Positions 34,401 to 48,470 of a DNA stretch of 64,000 bases are shown piece after piece (position 1 is the stretch's first letter; each line of letters begins with the position of its first letter). A program made the translations under genes and the position numbers. The stretch covers positions 32,178,001 to 32,242,000 of the forward strand of contig NC_043007.1 in assembly GCF_006345805.1 (NCBI RefSeq), written 5' to 3'. Origin of the DNA: Octopus sinensis. Lineage: Eukaryota. The notes below the pieces were generated by a model. The model was not told the origin of the DNA. It did not search any database and was given only the letters and a program-made list of their open reading frames with translations.

Positions 34401-36524
34401 AATATTCCTGACCTTTTAATTTAGGAACTCCTGACTAAAGTCCGTTCGTCATTTCATCCTTTTGTGTACATGAGATGGGGGTGATCAAATAAACTGTTGC
34501 AATTATGGTGAAAATTAAATTCACACATTGTTAATAAGCTTTCCAATGTTTTTTGGCAATTGTTAGCTAATAAATCATTTTCACACTATAAAAATCTGGA
34601 GTATTATTTGATGAAATCCCCCCCCCCCGACTCCTCTGAATAGACTTTAGGGTTATTAGGGATAGATCTTTGACAGAAGTCGAACTTCAAATTGCAAACT
34701 AATAAATTACAGTACCACACTGCTTCAGAGATGAACTGGGCCATTGAAATGTAACTGCATTAGCTATGGACACAGCATAGAGCTGGTTTAAGGGCACACA
34801 CCACCAACAACCATTGACTGAGCCCTCCAAACTATCAGTTATCACTGTGATGAAATATGTTTTAGTCAGGGGGAACTGGTTGTGATTAATTACGAATTAG
34901 GCAAAGCAATTTCCATTATGTCTTCTATTTCAAACAGTAGGTTTATTGCAGAAAGTATGTTTTTGCTGCTCTGTTAATCAGTTGACTTCAGAAATATCAT
35001 TTGTTAATATGATACGGATATAGGCCTAATCCTAGTCTGATAAAAGCAAAATTTGGAATGATTGATTATTACACTTTTGTCTTCTTTGGATCTGACACTG
35101 CTAGATTTTGGTCATTGAAATCAAATAAGGAATTGAAACACCATTTGCAGGATTCTTCTAAATTGCAATTTTGGATTATTTAACAGCAGTAGCAGCTCTA
35201 TTATAACATCTTTATACACTGTATTTACATAGCAGAGAGATCTGTTACTTACTGTGTTTGTGTGTGTGCGTGAGACAAGGATAGGAAAGTATCTCTTTTT
35301 TAAGAAACAATGAATGTAAAACAAGAAGAAAATAAATGTTTACATGAAACCGTGGGTAATACATAAAGCAGTATTATAAATACTAATTATTTAGATTTTA
35401 ATTGAAATAAACTTAACTGCCAGAAAGCAGTGACTGTTCACTTCTTTCAATTGTCTAGGAGTGTTTTATTAATATATAAGGAAGCATTTGTGGCTCCATG
35501 TTCATTGTAGCAGTTTCTTTTAAACAACTTATATACATAAGCACAGACACATGTACATATATGTATATACATTGTTGATGCATGCTTCTTTCTTTTGAAT
35601 TGATATATCTAACAACAATTAACCGCAGTGCAAGTTTGTGTGTGTGCATGGGAGAGATTCTGTCAACTAGGAACTGTTTGGTCTGACTGAAGTTGTGTGG
35701 TTAGAACATCAATAAGCTCAGGACAGTCCAGCTGTAAAACACTGTTGTTGTTGCTGAGTCCTAGACCAACTCAATTGAGCAAGCCTATGATCAAAGACAT
35801 TCCGGCCTTGACCATCATGTCTTTTTCCTGTGTGCAAGGAACACAGGACTATGTTATTCAATGTGCCCTGTTTTTTAAAGACAGTGAAATGTGATGTGAT
35901 CTGAGGGAGATCTGGTTTCTATTTCTAGCAGATCAAGCAACCGTGTAGTGGCTTTCTCTTTAGCTCATGAGCTCTGTGTTATTAAAGGTAGACATCCTAT
36001 CTGAATTCAGGTGTCTGCTTGAGTTGAGTTCATTTAGACATCTTGCTTTTAAATGCTTAAATGTATCACCTAAAGTTAATTTCTAGATTAGTTCTTTGAG
36101 AATTCAGTACAAACCTGGATTCTTATTTCATCTTGGAGAAATTACTGTTATTATTACTATATTAATTACAAGATCTATTAATAATACTTTTATTTATTTT
36201 GGGTTCTAGTGCTAATCTAGGGTACTACGCTATAATCTGCTTCGTAGGATTTGAGTGGATGATGTTCTTTTGATGAATTCAAATTTCATTTATTATTATT
36301 GTTGTTGTTGTTGTTATTATCATCAATTGAATTCAAATATCACCAAGGTAAACTTTGCCTTTCATCCTTTCAGAGTCGATAAAATAATTACCAGTCAAGT
36401 ACTGGGGTCGATGTACTTGACTTACCCCTTCTCTTAAAATTGCTGGCCTTGTGCCAAAATTTGAAGCCATTATTATTGTTATTGTCATTATTATTATTAT
36501 TATTCCTTTATTATTTTCTTCTAG

Positions 36525-36736
36525 GATAAAATGATGTTCTGTGACAGATGTGACAGAGGCTATCACACATTTTGTGTGGGCCTTAAAGCAATTCCAACAG
36601 GTCGGTGGGAATGTACTAGTTGTAAAGAAACGGAGCCTGTATTATTATCACCCAGAAACACCCCATCATCAACTGCAGCATCACCTGCACACCTCTCATC
36701 AATTGTAGCACAGTCACCATTACCAGTCAAAATCAG
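36525..36736 (+). CDS. PHF10: PHF10 exon, PHD2 ([34 protein letters not shown]) plus Ser/Pro tail
   Basis: TAG acceptor and CAG|GTACTC donor (phase 2); matches [26 protein letters not shown]. Confidence 0.95.
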
Positions 36737-36782
36737 GTACTCTATTTCTCTCTCTCGTTTCTTATTTTTGCTTGGTCAAAAA

Positions 36783-38011
36783 GTAGTCAAAAAGTATCCG
36801 ACCTTGATTTTTTTTTTTGCATGAAATAATAATGCGTAAGCAAAATCCATATGGGTTTTAGGTGACTACGTCCTTCCTGAGCTGGCGCAAAATTTTCATG
36901 TCTATAGGCTGTGCCATTCATCCACAGTGACACATTGAATACAGACGTGAAGAGTGTGCTGTGCGATAAGCGCATTGAGCAAAGGTATTGTATCAAATTC
37001 TTCGAAAACCTTGGTGATACACAAGCCCAGGCTATCAAGAAGATTCAGGAGACCTTTGGAGATGATGTTATGAGAAAAACACAAATAAAGGAGTGGTACA
37101 ACCAGTTGAAAGACGGGTGCACCTCAGTGGACAGTGAGCCATGTTGTGGCAGACAATCGTCTAGCAGAAACAATGAAATGATTGCAAAGGTTCAAGGAAT
37201 AGTCTATGAAGAACCGTGTGTGACTATTGAGGAGATTGTTACCAAAGTTGGAATCAACCAATGGGTTCAGTCAGTTATAAAAGAAGTTTTGTGCATGAGG
37301 AGGGTGTCAGCTAAATTCTGACCAAAGAAAATGGAAAGTAAATCTTCTAGGACATGCTGGAGTGTGCTAACCAAGATCAAGACTTCACGACTGCTGTCAC
37401 CACTGCCAATGAGACACAGGTGTACGGCTATGATCCTGAAACAAAGTTGCAATTATCCCAAAGGAAGCAAGACAGGTGTGCAGAGATGTTAAACTGATGA
37501 TGATCTGTTTTATTCACTACAGAGGTGTTGTGCAAAGTGGATATGCACCACAAGGTCAGACAATTAACAAAGAATACTACCTGGGGGTTCTTTGTCGCCT
37601 TCATAAAGTTGTGCAGTGAAAACGACCCAACCTGTAAGCAGCAAAGAACTGGCAACTCCACCTTAACAACGCGCCCATGTTGTCCAAGCAGTCCTCGCCA
37701 AGCAAAACGCAACACTTGGTCGTTAGGCTTCCTACTCCCTATACTTGGCTCTGTATGACTTTTGGTTATTCTCATAGCTCAAAAAAGAAAAAAAATTTGA
37801 GTCAACAGAGGACATTAAGCAAAACTTGATGGCACAGCTCTACAGCATCCCAAAAAGTGATTTCCCGAAATGATTCCAGGAGTAGCAGGAATGCTGGCAG
37901 AAGTGTGAAGACTCCCAAGGGGAATACTTTGAAGGAAACTAAATCAAATTGGTGAGGTTTTTTAAATATTGATTTTTGGTCAAAGGTTGGATACTTTTTG
38001 ACTACACCTCG
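36783..38011 (+). mobile_element. Decayed mariner transposon
   Basis: TIRs GTAGTCAAAAAGTATCCGACCTT and AAGGTTGGATACTTTTTGACTACACCTCG-TA. ORF 36911-37321 (EQRYCIKF...EWYNQLKDG...GR) is a mariner HTH; the downstream catalytic region is frameshifted. Confidence 0.9.
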
Positions 38012-40186
38012 TATATGCCTTTTTTTAAAACCCTAACTGCTAGGGAATTGTGTATACTTTGTTCCATACATGTGCACTTGAGATATGGGGTATTTTCTTG
38101 AATTCTCCACATATAAGTGCAGACATGGCTGTGTGGTAAGAGGCTTGCTTCCCAACCACATAGTTCCGGGTTCAGTCCCACTGTGTGGAACTTGGGGCAA
38201 GTGTCTTCTACTATAACCCTGGGCCTTGTGAGTGGATATGGTAGACAGAAACTGAAAGAAGCCCGTCATATGTGTATGTGTGTCTTTTTTTGCCCCCCCC
38301 CCTCCCCAATCATGGCTTGACAACTGGTGTTGGCGTGTTTACGTCCCCATGATTTAACAAATCGGCAAAATGGTCAGATAGAATAAGTACTAGGCTTTAA
38401 AACATAAGTCCTGAGGTTCATTTGTTGGACTAAAACTCTTCATGGCAGTGCTCCGGCATGGCCGCAGTCAAATGACTGAAACAAGTAAATGAAACTGCAA
38501 ATGCCTTGTTTTCGTAAGTTCTGAATCAAAATCTTCCACCAAACCTTAGTCACAGTTTATGTTCCTAACACTAGCTTAATGATGACAAAGTTATTTTACT
38601 AAATTCTTTGTTATATTTAAAATCAATTGAAAGAAACACAGAGCATCTCAAAATAAATACAGTAATGAAAGGGTTAACTTAATTTAATTTAATTATAATT
38701 CATTTCTTGAAACAATTGCCAGCCTCAACAAAACTGTCATAAATTAAGATTATTTCTTTAATCAACTTTCATTGAAGTTGACAGTTTTTATTAAAACTTT
38801 TCTGCCTTTAAAAAGACCAAATTGTTCTGGCTAACATGCTTTGAAGTGTTGAATTGTTTGATATAAATTAGTCCCATCTCATCAGCCCTTGTCGTTAATG
38901 AAATTAAAATGTCTTTTGAATCAGTATTGTTATTCATTTGAGTGAATCCTTCTCAGCCATTTTTTATCTGTAAGCCCCTTTGATTCCTATCCCCTTGTAG
39001 CCATTCAGTACTTTAAAAATTCTATTATATTTTTATAATTAAATATTATGAAGAATTATATTAAAAAGATTACAAAAATATTTTGTGTATTGTAGAAGTA
39101 TAACCTATTTATGGCAGATAAATCTTAATGACAAAATCTTGTAAGGACCACCAAGGGTCATATATAGGCTCTTTTTGAGGGCCCCTCTTTGTACATTTTC
39201 TTTACTTCATTAAATATTTATCAATTGTGTATATTTTATAAACTTTCAGAAAAGTTTACCGCAGACAGAAAATTTGCTGACAATGCTAACTGTAGGAAAT
39301 AAAGATTATATCAGGTATGTATGTGCTTTAAACTAATAACGAGTATTTACCTCGATTCATTAGCACCATTTTGACTTCTATTCAAACTCCCTATCTTGTA
39401 TTAGTGGAGACAAGCCTCTTCATAAAACAGTTGCTCGGGCTTTACCCCCACCCTCTCCCCCCTCCAAATGTCTACCACAACTTCTTCAGTTTTCCTACCC
39501 CAAAATTTGTTTGGCTGCTGCATCAACCATTTCGTGTCATCTCTCTTCATACATTCTTCCCACAATACTTTTAATTTCTTTTCTTCACTGATTTGTGGAT
39601 TTTTACTTCTTCACAAATTGCGTATTGGAAAGTTTTAGGTTACAGGCATGGCTGCGTGGTTAAGAACCTGGCTTCTCAAACATGTGATCTTAGGTTCAGT
39701 TCTATTGCATGGCGCCTTGGGGAAATGCTTCTGTGCAGCACTGAATCTTTCTTTTTCATATATCCATCATCATCATCATCATCTTCCCTTCCCCAAAAAG
39801 ACTAGTCAGGTATTTCTTCTGCTGCAAGACACCTGTTTCTCTCTCTCCCACCTTAACCCCTCGTCACTTGGCACAAAGCCACTTCCCTCACTACAACACC
39901 TAACTTCAGTCAAGGGATCTTGTCTTGCAAGCCACTTAATAACCTCAGTAGTTCTGATGCCAAGTAAGAAGCACCCGGGTATATACTGTCAAGTGTTTGG
40001 CATTATTAAGGGCATCCCGCTATAGAAATCATGCCAAAGCAGAGATTGGAATTTGGCACAGTCCACTGGCTCCTTGACTTCTGTCAAACCACCCAGTCCA
40101 TTCTGGCTTTGGAAAACAGTCATTAAACAATAACGATGGCGTTAATGATGTTAACTTGCATTTCCGTTATTCATTTCATGTTTTGT

Positions 40187-40479
40187 TTGTTCCTTCTCAA
40201 GCCATGCCTGGCTCATAAGGGCTGGTTTCCCAGTTTCCTTGGTGTATAGTTTCCCCACCTGGATGAGCCGCCAATCTGTCGCAGGTGAGCTGCAAGAGGA
40301 AAGAGTGAGAGGAAATTGTGGCGAAAGAGTCAGTAGAAGTTTGCCATTACCTTCTGCCGGAGCCGCGTGGAGTTTAGATGTTTCGCTCATAAACACACAC
40401 ATCGCCCGGTCTGAGATTCGAACCTGCGATCCCTCAACCGCGAGTTCGCTGCTCTAACCACTAGGCTATGTGCCTCCAC
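40187..40479 (-). mobile_element. tRNA-derived SINE related to family C
   Basis: The minus-strand head GTGGAGGCACATAGCCTAGTGGTTAGAGCAGCG...GGTTCGAATC has A and B boxes. Confidence 0.75.
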
Positions 40480-41007
40480 TAAATGTTCCTTCTCAAGCCA
40501 TACCAGGCTTATAAGGGCCGGTTTCCCGGTTTCAGTGGCGTAGAAATTTCCCACCTGGACGGGACACCGGTCCATTGCAGGCTTCATTTCCTACTGATAT
40601 ATATATCATCATCATCATCATCGTTTAACATCCGTTTTCCATGCTAGCATGGGTTGGACGGTTCGACTGGGGTCTGGGAAGCCAGGAGGCTGCACCAGGC
40701 TCCAGTCTGATCTGGCAGTGTTTCTGCAGCTGGATGCCCTTCCTAACGCCAACCACTCCGTGAGTGTAGTGGGTGCTTTTTACATGCCACTGGCACGGAA
40801 GCCAGTCAAGGTGGCACTGGCATCGGCCACGTACGGGTGGTGCATTTTCCGTGCCACCGGCACAGGGATCACAACTACAATTTCCATTTGATTTTTGATG
40901 ATGATGTACTTGACTCAATAGGTCTCATATATACATATTGTTGTTGTTGTTGTTGTTGTTGTTATAATAAATGTCCTAAAATTTTGCTTATGTTTGTTTT
41001 CTTCCAG

Positions 41008-41080
41008 ATGTCATTACTCACAGATCATCGTCGTACCTCCATGGATTGCTACTTTTCCTCATGACTATTCATTAAATTAA
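41008..41080 (+). CDS. PHF10: Probable terminal coding exon of PHF10 (RCHYSQIIVVPPWIATFPHDYSLN*)
   Basis: Strong acceptor TTTGTTTTCTTCCAG, compatible with phase 2; stop at 41078-41080 followed by AATAAA. No homology support. Confidence 0.55.
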
Positions 41081-41122
41081 TTCTGACACTTGTACTGGAA
41101 AAATTCATTATCACTAAAAATT

Positions 41123-41254
41123 AATAAAACATACCACATTATTTTTTTTTTAATTATTATTTTTTTTTTTTTTTTATTAAAATATAATTTCTAAAAATCT
41201 ATTTTATGTCCTAAAACTGAAAATTGTTTTTAAAATACTCTTTATATAAATAAA
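41123..41254 (+). terminator. Candidate polyadenylation signals of PHF10
   Basis: AATAAA at 41123 followed by a U-rich tract; a second AATAAA at 41249. Confidence 0.4.
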
Positions 41255-41879
41255 GATTCTCTTTTTCTTAGTTCGTGATAAATGAAAATATCTATTTGAT
41301 AATCTCTTTTGAAGAAGAAAAACCAAACAATTCAATTTAACACAGATTCACCCTAAAATAAAGTTCCAATGCTTTAACTTAAACCAGTAGGTGCATGCTT
41401 GGTCAGGGGTCACTTTGCAATCGAGTGGTCTTGGTTTCAATTCCACGTCACGGCTCCTTGGGCAAGTGTCTTCTACTCTAGCCTTCAGCCAACCATATCT
41501 CTTAGAAAAGTACATCTTTTATTGTTTGTTTCACTCGTTCAATTCTGGCCATGTTGGAGCACCACCTTGAAAGGTTTTTGTTGAACAGATCAACGCCAAC
41601 ACTAATTTATTATTCAAATTATTCTATTGGTGTCTTTTGCTGCACTGCTAAGTTATGAAGATGCAAACAAACCAACAGCGGTTGTTAAGTAATTACAGTG
41701 GGGGTGGAATCAAATACAAGGACAAAGACACACACACACATATAACAGGCTTCCACACAGTTTCCAGCTACCAAATTCACTCATAAGATGTGGTTGGTAA
41801 GCAAGCTACTTACCACACAGCCACTCCTGCGCCTACTTTGTTAAAATCTTCTAAATGAAGCCTAAGATGCATGCGTAGA

Positions 41880-43108
41880 ATCGGCCATTTGTGTGTGTGG
41901 ATGTGAGAGCAGCACAACAACTGTTCAGAGATGAAGCATTTCTGTGTCTTTGACGATGGCAGTTTTTGCTGCATTATGATTGTGAGATCATAAGTTGACC
42001 AAGGAATAGAAGAAGCTACAGCTTTGGTGGCAATTTGTGATGCATGGTTCCATCTGCTTCACATCCAAGAATTTGGGTAAAAGCTAACAAGTTTGTTCAG
42101 GTGAGAGAATTTTCCCTAGTGCTGTAAACAATGACCTTTGTACAAGGCTAGCTTATGTGAACCATTTGGGTGATTTGAGGTTATGATTATGAGATCATAA
42201 GTGAGGGGTTTTAACTGTATATCGTCCATGATTATTGGAGCGATGGAAAGCTTATTTCCTCAATTGATTTGCAGAGATTGTATTTCCATTGCTGTTGAAG
42301 GAGAGCAGTTTGTTGCCCTCGATGCAGAATGTTTTTGAGAGCTGTCCATGGAAGTAATACAGCATATAGAATGGATGTAGATGGTGCCTATGTACAGAGA
42401 TTAAGGAAGCATAGCAAAGGGTGGAGTGAGATGTATAACAGTGAACATTGTTGGAGACGACTGCAAGCAGGTCAAAGTGTGAGTGACATAGCCATCCTTG
42501 GGACATGCCAGATGTGATGGTGAGTGTTTGGCACTGGTAAATTTTGAAAAGAAACTTCCAACAGAAATTACTAGAATCTGATGAAGTCCTTAGTGGACAA
42601 TCCTGCCAGGAGATTTTCATACTAAACTGAGTCACAAACATTGCAGAATAATAAAATTGTTTTCACCAAAATTTCTCAAGAGCAAAAGACCATTTGTAAC
42701 CGAGCAGATCTCCAGTGGATGAGACTCTACAGAAACCATACTGGTGGTCAGTGGAGAGAGAAAGGGACTTGAGGGATTGGAGAAGGTAGTTGTTGGAAAC
42801 ACAGATTAATTCCAGTTGGCTGCTTCACAACTTTTCTCCATTATTCTAAACACCAGACTCTCTTTTAAGGCCTTCCTCTCCCAGGTCTTGGAGGTCTGAA
42901 ATCGTCATCAATGCTTTTGTAACTTTGCCTTTTTACTAGGAAGGGTCGGCAGCCCTACACAAACCTATTCTTACCTCTGGGAAGAGGTGGTACATATTTG
43001 CCTGGCCTCTATCCTTTGGCTTATCCAGCATAGCAGGCCCTACAAGGTGCTTGCACCTGCTGACATAGCTCTCAGGGTCATTCAGGTACATTAGCCACCA
43101 CAACAAGG
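41880..43108 (-). mobile_element. Highly decayed 5' part of an RTE-like LINE (5'UTR plus endonuclease remnants)
   Basis: 5'UTR homologous to 14165-14408; weak APE-like remnants (ASLISVH.., NKLLS..N). Confidence 0.45.
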
Positions 43109-43259
43109 ACTGGACTTTGTGATGGCAGTGAGTTTCTAGTACATATTTTATCGCCTTCACCACAATAAATGGAAAAGAAACATCAACCCTGACAGGATTT
43201 GGATTTGAAATGCAGAGAGTTCACTAAAATATTTGACCCAACATTCAACTATTTCTGCA

Positions 43260-44280
43260 CGCAGGAGTGGCTGTGTGGTAAGTAGCTTGCTAACCAACCA
43301 CATGGTTCCGGGTTCAGTCCCACTACGTGGCATCTTGGGCAGGTGTCTTCTGCTATAGCCCTGGGCCGACCAATGCTTTGTGAGTGGATTTGGTAGATGG
43401 AAACTGAAAAAAGCCTGTCGTATATATATATGTGTGTGTGTGTTTGTCCCCCTAGCATTGCTTGACAACCGATGCTGGTGTGTTTACGTCCCCGTCACTT
43501 AGCGGTTCGGCAAAAAGAGACCGATAGAATAAGTCCTGGGGTCGATTTGCTCGACTAAAGGCGGTGCTCCAGCATGGCCGCAGTCAAATGACTGAAACAA
43601 GTAAAAGAGTAGAGAGTAATTGCATGACTGAACGTCACAAAGAGCTACATGTGAACCTCAACATGTTTAGGGAACAGTCAGGTCAACATTTTAAAACCTC
43701 ATTGCATGAAGTCACATGAAAAGAAATCAATAGGAATCCCTATTTGTGATTTCTGTTGCACATTTGTTTGTGCAATGACCTGTTGCACGTTTGTTGCATT
43801 CCTACTGCAAAATATGCAATGGATTTTCATATTCGTTCTATTGAAGAAGTATTATGAAAAAAAATAGTCAAAATATTACAAAAATGTAAGAGATAGTTTT
43901 CCCTGAAGTTACACGTACTCTTTTACTTGTTTCAGTCATTTGACTGCGGCCATGCTGGAGTACTGCCTTTAGTCAAGCAAATCGACCCAGGACTTATTCT
44001 TTGTAAGCCTGGTACTTATTGGTCTCTTTTGCTGAACCGCTAAGTTACGAGGACATAAACACACCAGCATCGATTGTCAAGCGATGTTGGGGGGACAAAT
44101 ACAGACACACATATATATATACTACAGGCTTCTTTCAGTTTCCATCTACCAAACTTACTCACAAGGCTTTGGTCAGCCCGAGGCTATAGTAGAAGACACA
44201 TGCCCAAGGTGCCACGCAGTGGGACTGAACCTGGAACTATGTGGCTAGTAAGTAAGCTACTTACCACACAGCCACTCCTA
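43260..44280. mobile_element. Two family-A SINEs in inverted orientation (43260-43617 +, 43916-44280 -)
   Basis: Both copies are near full length and reverse-complementary, about 300 bp apart. Confidence 0.9.
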
Positions 44281-44429
44281 ATTTTCTTTACAAGAAACTA
44301 TTTTGTAAAAGAGTATTATAGAATCTCATCACGTGTGTGTGTGTGTTCTTGTCCTGGCAAGGCATCCAGCTGTGGAAAATCTGCTTTGACAAATTCTGTC
44401 TCACCCATAATGGTATGGTATAGTGGGCG

Positions 44430-44804
44430 TGTGGAGGTGCAATGGCCCAGTGGTTAGGGCAGCAGTCATACGATCGCGGTTTCGATTCCCAGACCGGGCG
44501 TGGTGAGTGTTTATTGAGCGAAAACACCTAAAGCTCCACGAGGCTCCGGCAGGGGATGGTGGTGATCCCTGCTGTACTCTTTCACCACAACTTTCTCTCA
44601 CTCTTACTTCCTGTTTCTGTTGTACCTGTATTTCAAGGGGCCGGCCTTGTCACTCTCTGTGTCACGCTGAATATCCCCGAGAACTACATTAAGGGTACAC
44701 GTGTCTGTGGAGTGCTCAGCCACTTACACGTTAATTTCACGAGCAGGGTGTTCCGTTGATCGGATCAACCGGAACCCTCATCGTCGTTACCGACGGAGTG
44801 CTCC
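44430..44804 (+). mobile_element. tRNA-derived SINE, family C
   Basis: Head GGAGGTGCAATGGCCCAGTGGTTAGGG...GTTTCGATTCCC; tail shared with 5320-5624. Confidence 0.8.
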
Positions 44805-44839
44805 CCCCCCCCGGTATAGTGGACATTAAATGACTATAT

Positions 44840-45471
44840 ATTGGGTCATCCCATAAATAATGCATTTTTTTTATACTTCTTTTAATTTTCCAAAATTAAG
44901 ATAAAGATCTTTTTTTAATCTAAAACATACTCTCCTTCATTTTCTACAATGCTCTTCCATCTATCTGGCGGACTTGCAAAGCCCCTCTTCCAAGATTCAC
45001 TTGTCCGTGACGAACAATACTCCTCCAGTATTGTTCTGACCTCTTCTACAGAATTCGTATTTTTGCTGTCCAAATGATTTCGAAGACTGTGGAATAAATG
45101 ATAATCAGATGGGGTAATGTCCGGTGAATATGGTGGGTGGGGCATCATTTCCCATTCAAACTGCTCCGGCCTTTGGAATGTCATCTTCGCTGTATATAGC
45201 CAAGCATTATCCTGGTGAAAGAACACCTTTCGCCATGAAACAAAAGATGGTCATTTTTTTTCAAGTGCAGGTGTCAATGACTGGTTGAATGATCAAATCC
45301 AAGCTTCTCCCCTAGTTCCTCAACAGTTACGATGGGATTTTGTTCTGCCAGGTTTTGCAGGACATCCTTGTCAAGCTCTACAGATCTTCCAGGACAAAGG
45401 TCATCTAGTCTGTAGTTTCCGGCTCTGAATTTCTGGAACCACCGTTGACCCTGGCTTCTGCTTATTTTCAA
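44840..45471 (-). mobile_element. Internally deleted mariner transposase remnant with one TIR
   Basis: ORF with HQDNA...HPPYSPDITPSDYHLF...RW..IVENEGEY (mariner D,D34D C-terminal motifs); HTH remnant RWFQKFRAG..GR; TA-TTGGGTCATCCCATAAATAATG end. Confidence 0.9.
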
Positions 45472-47428
45472 GCAGAGGGCATTTTTTTCCAGAGAGAAAC
45501 TAAAACAAAGAAATATACAAAGACTGATGTGTAAGACTTAGACCCGAGCCTTTCATGAGCCCCAGGACTCATAAGAATGGAGTCTAACCTGGTTTTCATG
45601 GTGTACAAGAAGGGAATGAGATTACTACATGCTCCTACTTAACTGGACACTGCATGGTTAACATGTGGCAGGGTTAACCTCCCATCTATTGCTAGAATTC
45701 ATTTACTGCTGAATGGACTGATAAATGGTCAGCTGCCTCAGTCCACTTAGTTGTAAGCAGGTTACCATGCGATAAGAAGAACTCACAGGTGAGTAAATAG
45801 AGGCAGCATTATAAAATTGTTATTATATAACCCAAGGTCAGCACTGACTGAGCAGATAGAGAAAAGTAGTTTGTTAGGCATAGGAGTGGCTGTGTGGTAA
45901 GTAACTTGCTTACCAACCACATGATTCCAGGTTCAGTCCCACTGCATGGCACCTTGGGCAAGTGTCTTCTGCTATGGCCTTGGGCCGACCAAAGCCTTGT
46001 GAGTGGATTTGGTAGATGGAAACTGAAAGAAGCCCATCATATACATGTGTATGTATATATATATATATGTGTGTGTGTTTGTCCCCCAACATCGCTTGAC
46101 AACTGATGCTGGTGTGCTTACATCCCCGTAACTTAGCGGTTCGGCAAAAGAGACTGATAGAATAAGTACTAGGCTTACAAAGAATAAGTCCTGGGATCAA
46201 TTTGCTCAACAAAAGGTGGTGCTCCAGCATGGCCGCAGTCACATGACTGAAACAAGTAAAAGAGTTCAATTCACTTCCTGTCTGTCTATAAAAGCCTATT
46301 TAATATCTAGCCTCAAACCAGAGTCCTGCTTGTCTTGATCAACCATGTGATTGGATCCAATAACAGTTTTTGATTACAGGCTGCAGGTGTGCCACGAGAA
46401 AAAGATCAAAGATTCTTCTAAAGTCATAGAATAAGGCTGGATTCTTGGATTCTATGGTGTACATATTCCTCACCTGGACAGGACACCAATCCATAACAGA
46501 ATTACTCCATTTTGCCACCTGAGTGGACAGAACCAACGAGAAATGAAGTATTTTGTGCAAGAACAGTCCAGGGATTGAAACTACAATCTTATGATCATAA
46601 GGTCCTTCTCAAGCCATAGGATCATAAAGCCAGTTTCCTGGATTCTGAAGTGTATACATTCCCCACCTGGATGGGACACCAATCCATCACCGAGTTACTC
46701 ACACTTGCTAGCTGGGTGAACTGGACCAGTGTGTGAAATGAAGTGTTTTGCTCAAGGACACAGCACTTGGGTCCAATCCAGGAACTGAAACCACAACCTT
46801 GCAATCATGAATACAACACTCTAAACACCAGGCCACACACCATCTTTGGTATGGTTTCTTCTTTCTCCAGTAGGCACAAGGCCTGAAATTTGGGGGGAGG
46901 GAGCTATTCGATTACATCAACGAAGTACCAACTTATTGGTATTTATTTCAGTGACTCCAAAAGGATGAAAGGCAAAGTCAACTTTGAACTCAGAATGTAA
47001 AAACAGACGAAATGCCACCAAGAGCTTTGTTTGGTGATCTAACGATTTTGCCATCTTATACATATATACATATACACACATATATATATCATCATCATCA
47101 TTATCATTTAATGTCTGTTGTCCATGCTGGCATGGGTTGGACTGTTTGACAGGGGCTGCTAAGCTGGACATCTGAACCAGACCCTAGTCTGATTTGGCAG
47201 GTTTTTCTACTGCTGGATGCCTTTCCTAACACCAAACACTCCAAGAGTGTAATGGGTGCTTTTATGTGCCACCAGAATGGGTGCCATTTGCATGACACCA
47301 GTATTTGCCTCGACTGCAATTTTGCTCAGCTTGATGAGTCTTCTTCTCAAAAACAACATAATGCCAAAAGTCTCGCCATTATATATATAAATTAGTCGTT
47401 AATTATATTTTATTAATGTAATTTTGTA

Positions 47429-47810
47429 AGGCGGCGAGTTGGCAGAAACATTAGCATGCCGAACAAAATGCTTAGTGGTATCTTGTCTGCCACTACATTC
47501 TGAGTTCAAATTTCGCCGAGGTCGACTTTGCCTTTCATCCTTTCAGGGTCGATTAAATAAGTACCAGTTACGCACTGGTGTCGATATAATCGACTTCATC
47601 CGTTTGTCCTCTCTGTTTAGCCCCTTGTGGGTAGTAAAGAAATAGGTATTTCGTCTGTCTTTATGTTCCAAGTTCAAATTCCACAAGGTCAACTTTGCCT
47701 TTCATCCTTTCGGGATTGATAAATTAAGTACCAGTTGTGTACTGGGGCCAATCTAATCGACTGGTTCTCCCTTCCCCAAAATTTCAGGCCTTGTACCTAG
47801 AGTTGAAAAG
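47429..47810 (+). mobile_element. tRNA-derived SINE, family B (core GCCTTTCATCCTTTCGGGGTCGATAAA...AAGTACCAG)
   Basis: Copies at about 12925-13055(-), 20940-21150(-), 22790-23000(+), 30360-30560(-), 36330-36470(+), 59181-59385(-) and 62638-62830(+). The core resembles conserved SINE central domains (Meta-type, from recall). Confidence 0.8.
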
Positions 47811-48302
47811 ATTAATGTAATTTTGTATCGTCATCATCATCAGCATCATTTAGCATCCGTTGCCCATTCTGGCATGGGTTGGACAGTTTGACCAGAGCTG
47901 GTACGGCTGGGGGAAGCTACACCAGACTCCAGTCTGCTTTGGCATAGTTTTCTACAGCTGGATGCCCTTCCTAGCACCAACCACTTTACAGAGTGTGCTC
48001 AATGCTTTTACATGACACCATACAAGCACTTTTACATGGTACCACATGGACACTTTTATGTGACTCCACATGGATGCTTTTGCATGGCCCCACCATGACT
48101 GCTTTTAAGGCCATCTACCCAGTTTTCATGGCATATAAGTGGCCAAGACCACAACATTACCCTTGAACAGATGGCCAGTCCATTGCAAGGTTACTCATTC
48201 ATGGCTGAGTGGACAGGAATAACTTGTAACAAGAACACAATGCAATTCTCAGGCCAGGAATCAAGACCATCATTTTCTGATTATCAGTGCAATATCCTAA
48301 AC

Positions 48303-48470
48303 CAGTGCTTTTCAAACTTTTTGCTGGAGTGGAACCCCAAGGAAACATTCCACTGGCTCGAGGAACCCCTGTGCAATAATTTAATAGTCTTATGCACACA
48401 TATCTGCACAGGAGACTGCCGATTTTAGCAGTTTTGTAACTTCTTGCGGAACCCTGGTTGAAAACCACTG
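48303..48470. mobile_element. hAT/Charlie-like MITE
   Basis: CAGTGCTTTTCAAAC...GGTTGAAAACCACTG with a perfect 8-bp TSD TCCTAAAC. Confidence 0.88.

Noticed and set aside
34990-35100. ATGA...CTGA pattern suggesting an intronic C/D snoRNA
   Set aside because: No canonical RUGAUGA box C, terminal stem or recognisable rRNA antisense element.
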